Below the pieces are notes generated by a model that did no database searches, was not told the origin of the DNA, and saw only the letters and a list, made by a program, of their open reading frames with translations. Both the position numbers and the translations under genes were made by a program. Below are positions 57,174-64,000 of a stretch of DNA of 64,000 bases, in pieces (within the stretch, counting starts at the first letter, position 1; every line of letters begins with the position of its first letter). The DNA comes from Bacteroidota bacterium (GTDB lineage: Bacteria; Bacteroidota; Bacteroidia; Chitinophagales; UBA10324): positions 9-64,008 of the forward strand of contig BJGQ01000015.1 of assembly GCA_014190575.1 (NCBI GenBank), given 5' to 3'.

Positions 57174-57203
57174 TTGTTTATTTGGTTGATAAAATTACTT
57201 TTG
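57174..57203 (+). promoter_or_regulatory. promoter of the S10 operon
   Basis: TTG (57174-57176), 19 nt, then TACTTTTG (57196-57203): Bacteroidota -33/-7 arrangement. Confidence 0.6.
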
Positions 57204-57236
57204 CAGTCCTCTTTTAAAAAAGCTCATTGAAATCGC

Positions 57237-57542
57237 ATGTCACAAAGAATCAGAATCAAGCTATTATCATACGACCATAACCTGGTAGATAAGAGCTGCG
57301 AGAAGATTGTAAAGACCGTTCGCAGCACCGGCGCAGTAGTAGCAGGACCAATCCCGTTACCTACCGAAACGAAGATCATCACCGTTCTTCGCTCACCCCA
57401 TGTGAACAAAAAGGCACGCGACCAATTTCAAATTTGCACTTACAAAAGATTGTTAGACATCTACACCTCATCATCCAAAACAGTGGATGCGCTGAGTAAA
57501 CTGGAATTACCCAGCGGGGTTGAGATAAGCATTAAAGGCTAA
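57237..57542 (+). CDS. rpsJ: 30S ribosomal protein S10
   Basis: [24 protein letters not shown]. Confidence 0.98.
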   Translation: MSQRIRIKLLSYDHNLVDKSCEKIVKTVRSTGAVVAGPIPLPTETKIITVLRSPHVNKKARDQFQICTYKRLLDIYTSSSKTVDALSKLELPSGVEISIKG

Positions 57543-57606
57543 TTGATAAACCGTGGGGTTTTTTTATTTTAAAGAAGCCCCGACAAGATAAAACGAAGTA
57601 GAACGC

Positions 57607-58230
57607 ATGAAGGGAATATTAGGAAAAAAGGTCGGAATGACCAGCATTTTTGATCAGCAGGGAAAGCAGGTGGCCTGTACGGTTATCGAAGCCGGACCAT
57701 GCGTGGTTACCCAGGTGAAGACCGTTGCTATTGACGGTTACAATGCTTTACAGCTTGGCTTCGACCCGAAGAAAGAAAAATCAACTACTAAACCTATGAA
57801 GGGGCACTTCGCGAAAGCGAGCACTGCACCATTGCGTAAGGTAGTGGAGTTTCGTGATTGCGAACTCGATAAAAAATTAGGTGATACGGTTACATCTGAA
57901 ATCTTCACAGAAGGTGAAGTGGTGAATGTGATTGGTAAAACCAAGGGAAAAGGATTTCAGGGAGTGGTAAAGCGTCATGGTTTTCATGGTGTTGGTGGAA
58001 GAACTCACGGACAGCACGATCGTAATCGCGCTCCGGGTTCATTGGGTGGTTCATCGTATCCGGCTCGCGTATTCAAAGGAATGCGCATGGGTGGAAGAAT
58101 GGGTGGCGACCGAGTGAAGGTTCAGAACCTGACAGTTGTGAAAATATTTGCTGAGCAAAACCTGATTGTTGTTCACGGTAATGTTCCGGGTGCTAAAGGA
58201 TCATACTTAATAATTGAGAACGCGAAATGA
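57607..58230 (+). CDS. rplC: 50S ribosomal protein L3
   Basis: [24 protein letters not shown]. Confidence 0.98.
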   Translation: MKGILGKKVGMTSIFDQQGKQVACTVIEAGPCVVTQVKTVAIDGYNALQLGFDPKKEKSTTKPMKGHFAKASTAPLRKVVEFRDCELDKKLGDTVTSEIFTEGEVVNVIGKTKGKGFQGVVKRHGFHGVGGRTHGQHDRNRAPGSLGGSSYPARVFKGMRMGGRMGGDRVKVQNLTVVKIFAEQNLIVVHGNVPGAKGSYLIIENAK

Positions 58231-58847
58231 AACTCGAAGTATTAAAAACAGACGGTAGCAAAACCGGCCGCACAGTAGAAATCTCTGATGAGATATTCGG
58301 AATTGAACCGCATGAGCATGTGATGTGGCTGGCTGTTAAGCAGTACCTCGCTAACCAGCGTCAGGGTACACACAGCAGTAAAGAAAAATCAGATGTATCA
58401 GGTTCAACACGCAAACTGATTAAGCAAAAAGGAACCGGCGGCGCTCGTAAGGGTAGCATAAAAGCAGGTTTGCTTCGCGGTGGTGCAAGAGTATTTGGCC
58501 CGAAACCACGCGACTACAGTTTTAAAGTAAACGCAAAGGAAAAAGAATTGGCTCGTCGCTCAGCATTGAGTCAGAAAGCAAAGGAGAATCAGATTTTCGT
58601 AATTGAAGATATGAATTTGCCTACACACAGAACTAAGGAAGCTTTTGCATTATTGAAGAACTTAGGAATGACTGCTCGCAAAACTTTGGTTGTTGTAAAC
58701 GATTCAACTGATAATCTGAAAAGAGCAACCCGCAACATTGCAGGAATTACTTTAACCACTGCAGGTGGTTTGAATACATACGAAGTGTTGAAAGCAACGA
58801 ATTTACTTTTTGCTGAAGGCACCATTAAAGCAATGGGTAGTAAATAA
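58227..58847 (+). CDS. rplD: 50S ribosomal protein L4
   Basis: [23 protein letters not shown]. Confidence 0.98.
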   Translation: MKLEVLKTDGSKTGRTVEISDEIFGIEPHEHVMWLAVKQYLANQRQGTHSSKEKSDVSGSTRKLIKQKGTGGARKGSIKAGLLRGGARVFGPKPRDYSFKVNAKEKELARRSALSQKAKENQIFVIEDMNLPTHRTKEAFALLKNLGMTARKTLVVVNDSTDNLKRATRNIAGITLTTAGGLNTYEVLKATNLLFAEGTIKAMGSK

Positions 58848-58875
58848 AAATTAACAGCGCACAAAAGAAATAACA

Positions 58876-59172
58876 ATGTCAACAGGAGTTTTAGTAAGGC
58901 CGCTGGTCACCGAAAAGAATACCAACCTTGGAACAAAACTGAATAAGTATGTATTCATGGTTACTAACGACGCAAACAAGATTCAAATCAAAACTGCAGT
59001 CGAGAAAATGTATGGTGTGAAAGTGGAAGCCATTTCTACAGCCATCATGCCCGGAAAAAACAAGCAGCGCATGACAAAAACAGGTGTGCTGAAAGGAGTG
59101 AAAGGATACAAGAAAAAAGCGATTGTAACACTTGCAAAAGGTGAAACAATTGATTTCTACGCAAGCGTGTAA
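58876..59172 (+). CDS. rplW: 50S ribosomal protein L23
   Basis: RPLVTEK, ANKIQIK.AVE, KKAIVTL. Confidence 0.97.
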   Translation: MSTGVLVRPLVTEKNTNLGTKLNKYVFMVTNDANKIQIKTAVEKMYGVKVEAISTAIMPGKNKQRMTKTGVLKGVKGYKKKAIVTLAKGETIDFYASV

Positions 59173-59201
59173 TTAGCATAACAGGATAAAGAGAAATAGA
59201 A

Positions 59202-60026
59202 ATGCCAGTAAAAAAGTTTAACCCCATAACCCCCGGCACCCGATTTAAAATCGGTAATGCTTATACTGAAATCACTACTAACAAACCTGAAAAGAGTTTA
59301 TTGGAAGTGAAACAAAGAACGGGCGGTCGTAATCACACCGGTAAACGCAGCATGCGTTACATAGGTGGAGGTCACAAACAAATGTATCGTTTGATTGACT
59401 GGAAACGCGACAAGCATGGCATCAGTTGCGCAGTACAAACAATCGAGTACGATCCTAACCGTTCAGGATTCATTGCTTTGGTGATGTATGCTGATGGTGA
59501 AAGAAGATATATTCTGTCTCCGAACGGATTAAAAGTTGGAGACAAATTAATGAGCGGTCCTGATGCACCTCCGGAATTAGGAAATGCATTAACATTGAAA
59601 GACTTACCACTTGGTACTATTGTTCACAATGTAGAATTGCACCCCGGTAAAGGTGGAATGTTGGTTCGCAGTGCTGGTGCTTCTGCTCAGTTAGCAGCAA
59701 AAGAAGAAAAGTACGCAGTATTAAAAATGCCTTCAGGTGAAGTTCGCAAGATTCTTTTAACTTGTATGGCAACAGTAGGAATGGTTTCTAATCCTGATCA
59801 TAGCTTGGAAGTGAAAGGTAAAGCAGGTGCCAATCGTTGGAAAGGTATCAAGCCTCGTACTCGTGCCGTTGCGATGAACCCGGTAGATCACCCGATGGGT
59901 GGTGGAGAAGGAAAAGCATCCGGTGGTCAGCCAAGATCAAGAACCAATGTTTACTCAAGAGGTTTAAAGACTCGTGCACCGAAGAATCCAAGTAGCAAAT
60001 TCATAGTAAGCAGAAGAAAAAAATAA
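59202..60026 (+). CDS. rplB: 50S ribosomal protein L2
   Basis: [25 protein letters not shown]. Confidence 0.98.
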   Translation: MPVKKFNPITPGTRFKIGNAYTEITTNKPEKSLLEVKQRTGGRNHTGKRSMRYIGGGHKQMYRLIDWKRDKHGISCAVQTIEYDPNRSGFIALVMYADGERRYILSPNGLKVGDKLMSGPDAPPELGNALTLKDLPLGTIVHNVELHPGKGGMLVRSAGASAQLAAKEEKYAVLKMPSGEVRKILLTCMATVGMVSNPDHSLEVKGKAGANRWKGIKPRTRAVAMNPVDHPMGGGEGKASGGQPRSRTNVYSRGLKTRAPKNPSSKFIVSRRKK

Positions 60027-60057
60027 CCTGTCGAATTAAATAAAGAAATAAAAAAGC

Positions 60058-60330
60058 ATGGCAAGGTCAGTAAAAAAAGGTCCGTATGTAGATCACAACT
60101 TACAAGGTAAGATTGATGTGTTGAATGCGGCAAACAAAAAGAGTGTGATTAAAACATGGAGTCGTCGTTCAACCATTACTCCTGAGTTTGTTGGTCACAC
60201 ATTCGCAGTTCACAATGGAAATAAATTCATTCCGATTTTCGTGGGTGAAAACATGGTGGGTCATAAACTCGGCGAGTTTTCTCCGACACGAAACTTCAGA
60301 GGTCACTCAACTAAGAAAGTAGATAGTTAA
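60058..60330 (+). CDS. rpsS: 30S ribosomal protein S19
   Basis: RSVKKGP, TWSRRS, GHKLGEF.PTR. Confidence 0.98.
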   Translation: MARSVKKGPYVDHNLQGKIDVLNAANKKSVIKTWSRRSTITPEFVGHTFAVHNGNKFIPIFVGENMVGHKLGEFSPTRNFRGHSTKKVDS

Positions 60331-60353
60331 TCATAACAGAATAAGAAATCACA

Positions 60354-60875
60354 ATGGCACTGGCTAAAGCAATATTGAAAAATGTACCAACTTCTCCTCG
60401 TAAGATGAGATATGTGGTTGACATGATTCGTGGAGTAGATGTGGAAAAGGCTTTGAACATTTTGAAGTTCAGTACCAAGCACCCTGCCCGCGAAGTGGAG
60501 AAACTTCTTCTTTCTGCTACTAATAATTGGAAAGAAAAAAATCAAGGATTAAATCCTGAAGACAGTGGATTGTTTGTGAAAGAGGTGTTTGTGGATGGTG
60601 GCACCATGTTAAAGCGTTGGTTGCCTGCACCTCAAGGTCGTGCTTATCGCAAACGCAAGCGCTCTAATCATGTTACTTTAATTATCGACAGTCGTGTTTC
60701 ACCTCATGTTGAAGAAGTAACTGAAGTAGAAGAAGTTGAACAACCAACTGTTGAAGTGGCTGAAACAGCACCAAAGAAAAAAACAGCAGCAAAGAAACCT
60801 GCACCTAAAAAAGCAGCTGTGAAAACCGAAGAGAAAGAGAAACCGGCAAAGGCAAAAAAGACATCTAAAAAGTAG
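60354..60875 (+). CDS. rplV: 50S ribosomal protein L22 with C-terminal extension
   Basis: SPRKMR, GRA...RKR..H, followed by an acidic and Lys/Ala-rich tail. Confidence 0.97.
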   Translation: MALAKAILKNVPTSPRKMRYVVDMIRGVDVEKALNILKFSTKHPAREVEKLLLSATNNWKEKNQGLNPEDSGLFVKEVFVDGGTMLKRWLPAPQGRAYRKRKRSNHVTLIIDSRVSPHVEEVTEVEEVEQPTVEVAETAPKKKTAAKKPAPKKAAVKTEEKEKPAKAKKTSKK

Positions 60876-60898
60876 ATTAATAAAATAGCAATAACTGA

Positions 60899-61675
60899 AT
60901 GGGACAAAAAACAAACCCGATTTCTAATAGACTCGGTATCGTTCGCGGATGGGATTCAAATTGGTTTGGCGGCAGCAAGTATGCCGACAAAATAATTGGT
61001 GATTACAAAGTTCGCGAATACTTAAAAGCGCGCGTAGCAAAAGGCGGTCTTTCAAATATCGTTATTGAGCGCACGCTGAATCGTCTGACTGTAACTATCC
61101 ACACCTCACGCCCTGGTATTATCATAGGTAAAGGTGGTGGAGAAGTTGACCGCATCAAGGAAGAGTTGAAAGGCTTAACCGGAAAGGAAGTACAAATCAA
61201 CATCGTGGAGATTCGTCGTCCTGAAATTGATGCCACAGTAGTTGGTGATTCAATTGCCCGTCAGATTGAAGCTCGTATCAATTACCGTCGCGCCATTAAA
61301 ATGGCTGTTGCATCGGCAATGAGAATGGGAGCTGAAGGAATAAAAATCAGGATCGGTGGTCGTTTAGGTGGAGCGGAAATAGCGCGTTCTGAAGAAGTAA
61401 AACAAGGTCGTGTTCCATTACATACGCTTCGTGCTGATATTGATTACGCAATTGGTGAAGCATTAACAGTTTATGGTTTAATTGGAATTAAAGTCTGGAT
61501 TTGTAAGGGAGAAGTTTTCGGTAAGCGTGACTTGAGCCCGAATGTTGGACAGAAGACAACAGGCACTGAACAAAAACAAGGGACAGACAGAAGAGATCGT
61601 GATGACAGAGGCGGAAGAGGTGGAGATCGCGGTGGCGACCGTCGTAACAAACCACGCAGAGACAGAGAATCTTAA
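60899..61675 (+). CDS. rpsC: 30S ribosomal protein S3
   Basis: MGQK.NP...[25 protein letters not shown]. Confidence 0.98.
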   Translation: MGQKTNPISNRLGIVRGWDSNWFGGSKYADKIIGDYKVREYLKARVAKGGLSNIVIERTLNRLTVTIHTSRPGIIIGKGGGEVDRIKEELKGLTGKEVQINIVEIRRPEIDATVVGDSIARQIEARINYRRAIKMAVASAMRMGAEGIKIRIGGRLGGAEIARSEEVKQGRVPLHTLRADIDYAIGEALTVYGLIGIKVWICKGEVFGKRDLSPNVGQKTTGTEQKQGTDRRDRDDRGGRGGDRGGDRRNKPRRDRES

Positions 61676-61712
61676 TTAGAAACATTTTTTGAAACGATAA
61701 TCAGATAACAAA

Positions 61713-62132
61713 ATGTTACAACCGAAAAAGACCAAGTGGCGCAGACCGCAGAGAGGCAAGATGAAAGGAAACGATCATCGTGGAGCAACTCTTTCTTTTG
61801 GTTCGTTTGGATTAAAAGCAATGGATGAAATCTGGCTCACTGATAAACAGATTGAAGCTGCCCGTGTTGCTTTAACCCGTCACATGAAGCGTGAAGGACA
61901 AGTTTGGATTCGCATTTTTCCTGATAAAGCAAAAACTGCAAAGCCTGCTGAAGTTCGTATGGGTAAAGGAAAGGGTGGACCTGAAGGATGGGTAGCAGTA
62001 GTAAAACCAGGAAGAATTCTGTTCGAAGCAGAAGGAGTATCAATGTTAATTGCTCGTGAAGCAATGATGCTGGCAGCTCAAAAACTTCCGATCAAAACTA
62101 AATTCATTATTAGTCGCGAATACAAAGCCTGA
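61713..62132 (+). CDS. rplP: 50S ribosomal protein L16
   Basis: MLQPK, QIEAAR, RMGKGKG. Confidence 0.98.
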   Translation: MLQPKKTKWRRPQRGKMKGNDHRGATLSFGSFGLKAMDEIWLTDKQIEAARVALTRHMKREGQVWIRIFPDKAKTAKPAEVRMGKGKGGPEGWVAVVKPGRILFEAEGVSMLIAREAMMLAAQKLPIKTKFIISREYKA

Positions 62133-62152
62133 TAAATAAACAGTAAGCAACA

Positions 62153-62365
62153 ATGGCTAAACAAGTAAAATTAAACCTCCACGATATGTCAGATGCAGAT
62201 CTGAAATCGAAATTGGCAGAAGATAAAACAAGATTGCAGCGTTTGCATTTCAATCATACAGTAACTCCATTGGAAAACCCAATGGTGATGCGTCACTTGC
62301 GTCGTGAGATTGCGACAATGACTCATGAAACTGCAAACCGCGCTAAGAAATCAGTTAATAAATAA
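62153..62365 (+). CDS. rpmC: 50S ribosomal protein L29
   Basis: LENP...R.LRREIA; position in the operon. Confidence 0.93.
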   Translation: MAKQVKLNLHDMSDADLKSKLAEDKTRLQRLHFNHTVTPLENPMVMRHLRREIATMTHETANRAKKSVNK

Positions 62366-62374
62366 TCCGGAAAA

Positions 62375-62632
62375 ATGGAAGACAGAAAATTAAGAAAAAC
62401 CCGGAATGGGCTTGTAACCAGCAGCAAAATGGATAAGACCATTACAGTAAGTGTGGAGCGTAAAGTAATGCACCCGAAGTATGGTAAGTATTTGAAAAAG
62501 TCAACCAAATTTCATGCACATGACGAAAAGAATGAGTGTGGAATTGGTGATACAGTTACAATTGAAGAAACACGCCCATTGAGCAAAACAAAAAGATGGC
62601 GCTTAGTTACTATCATTGAAAAAGCGAAATAA
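62375..62632 (+). CDS. rpsQ: 30S ribosomal protein S17
   Basis: KMDKT, HPKYGK, AHDE, RPLSKTK. Confidence 0.98.
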   Translation: MEDRKLRKTRNGLVTSSKMDKTITVSVERKVMHPKYGKYLKKSTKFHAHDEKNECGIGDTVTIEETRPLSKTKRWRLVTIIEKAK

Positions 62633-62699
62633 AAAATTCTTTACTCTCTGCCCTTGGTGGAATGGTGAATAAAACAACAGATTCAAAAGAAGAAAGAAA

Positions 62700-63068
62700 A
62701 TGGTACAAACAGAATCAAGATTGAATGTAGCAGATAATAGCGGAGCAAAAGAAGTGCTCGTTATCCGCATTCTCGGACACGCACACCAGCGTTATGCGAG
62801 CATTGGCGATACTGTTGTTGTTACTGTTAAAGATGCAATACCAGCCGGTGCCGTTAAAAAAGGAACTGTTACAAAAGCCGTAATCGTTCGTGTTAAAAAT
62901 CGCATTCGCCGCAAGGATGGATCATACATTCGTTTCGACGACAATGCAGTTGTATTGCTGAACGACTCAAACGAACCTCGCGGAACCCGCATCTTTGGCC
63001 CGGTAGCAAGAGAGTTGCGCGAAAAACAATACATGAAAATTATTTCATTAGCCCCTGAAGTTTTGTAG
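62700..63068 (+). CDS. rplN: 50S ribosomal protein L14
   Basis: [25 protein letters not shown]. Confidence 0.98.
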   Translation: MVQTESRLNVADNSGAKEVLVIRILGHAHQRYASIGDTVVVTVKDAIPAGAVKKGTVTKAVIVRVKNRIRRKDGSYIRFDDNAVVLLNDSNEPRGTRIFGPVARELREKQYMKIISLAPEVL

Positions 63069-63071
63069 AAA

Positions 63072-63422
63072 ATGAAAAGAGATAAATCAAAAACAAAAAG
63101 ATTCAAGGCGAAGCTGCATATCCGCAAAGGGGATATGGTTATTATGCTCGCCGGTGATGATAAAGGAAAAAAAGGTCGTGTGATTGAAGTACTGCCACTT
63201 GAAATGCGTGCTTTGGTTGAAGGAGTGAACATTGTTTCGCGCCACACTAAACCTGATGCTAAAACTCCGAACGGAGGCATCGTAAAGAAGGAAGCTAAAG
63301 TGCATATTTCAAATATCGCATTAGTTGATCCTAAAGGTGGAACAGCTACCCGCATCGGTCGCAAACGCGAAAACGGTAAGGTAACGCGAGTTGCAAAAAA
63401 ATCCGGAGTTGAAATCAAATAA
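63072..63422 (+). CDS. rplX: 50S ribosomal protein L24
   Basis: GD.V....G.DKGK.G KOW motif, VEGVN, EA.VH.SN. Confidence 0.97.
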   Translation: MKRDKSKTKRFKAKLHIRKGDMVIMLAGDDKGKKGRVIEVLPLEMRALVEGVNIVSRHTKPDAKTPNGGIVKKEAKVHISNIALVDPKGGTATRIGRKRENGKVTRVAKKSGVEIK

Positions 63423-63452
63423 CAATTCCTAAAAAAAAGAAAAAAGGAAATC

Positions 63453-64000
63453 ATGGAAGGATATGTTGCCCGTTTAAAAAAGAAGTACAAAGATCAGGTT
63501 GTACCTGCAATGATGAAGCAGTTCAGCTATACCAGTGTAATGCAGGTACCTAAGATCACTAAGATTGCAATCAACCAGGGCGTTGGTAAAGCTACTTCTG
63601 ACAAAAAGATGATTGATGTTGCTGTAACCGAAATGACCACCATTACCGGTCAGAAAGCGATGGCAACAAAATCAAAGAAAGATATTTCTAATTTCAAATT
63701 GAGAGTAGGAGTGGGTGTTGGTGTGAGAGTAACTTTAAGAGGCGACCGCATGTATGAATTCATGGATCGTCTTTTCTCTGTTGCACTTCCACGAGTTCGT
63801 GATTTCAAAGGTGTGAACGAAAAGAGTTTCGACGGAAGAGGAAATTACACCCTTGGCATAACTGAACAAATCATTTTCCCTGAAATTGATATTGATAAAG
63901 TAACGCACATGAACGGAATGGATATCACTTTCGTGACCAGCGCTAATACAGATGCTGAAGCATTTGCTCTTTTGAAAGAATTAGGTTTACCATTTAAAAG
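63453..64000 (+). CDS. rplE: 50S ribosomal protein L5 (runs off the window; absent from the ORF track)
   Basis: ATG 63453: [12 protein letters not shown]...VPKITKI...TGQK...FKLR.G..G.RVTLRG...LPRVRDFKG...[17 protein letters not shown]. Confidence 0.97.
   Translation, partial: MEGYVARLKKKYKDQVVPAMMKQFSYTSVMQVPKITKIAINQGVGKATSDKKMIDVAVTEMTTITGQKAMATKSKKDISNFKLRVGVGVGVRVTLRGDRMYEFMDRLFSVALPRVRDFKGVNEKSFDGRGNYTLGITEQIIFPEIDIDKVTHMNGMDITFVTSANTDAEAFALLKELGLPFK

Noticed and set aside
629..63305. Numerous 60-150 aa ORFs overlapping recognised genes
   Set aside because: They are antisense or alternate-frame shadows with no motifs
62792..63490. 232-aa minus-strand ORF
   Set aside because: Antisense shadow of rplN/rplX

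Overview
AT-rich chromosomal segment of a Bacteroidota bacterium. The assignment rests on TAnnTTTG -7 promoters, porT, T9SS-CTD cargo proteins, DUF1573 genes and a Bacteroidota-type tmRNA tag. It holds the 5' part of tmRNA, housekeeping genes (lepA, folD, queE, kdsA, rarA, pyrD, rsmE, menG, yihA, aroE, rmuC), several T9SS/outer-membrane proteins and the S10/spc ribosomal protein cluster. Highlights: (1) A split SOS mutagenesis module (DnaE, DinB, XRE-S24 LexA-like repressor), in which both polymerase promoters carry the same tandem palindrome TTGTA-W-TACAA straddling the -7 element. (2) Two families of short palindromic REP-like elements inserted in frame inside protein-coding genes: a ~75-aa nested insertion and a second element in DnaE, and one in the signal peptide of a PorE-like protein. 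(3) Four accessory genes broken by single nonsense or frameshift changes, plus an orphan T9SS C-terminal-domain relic. No CRISPR array, rRNA, tRNA, transposase or prophage was seen. Family assignments come from motif recognition by eye, not database searches.
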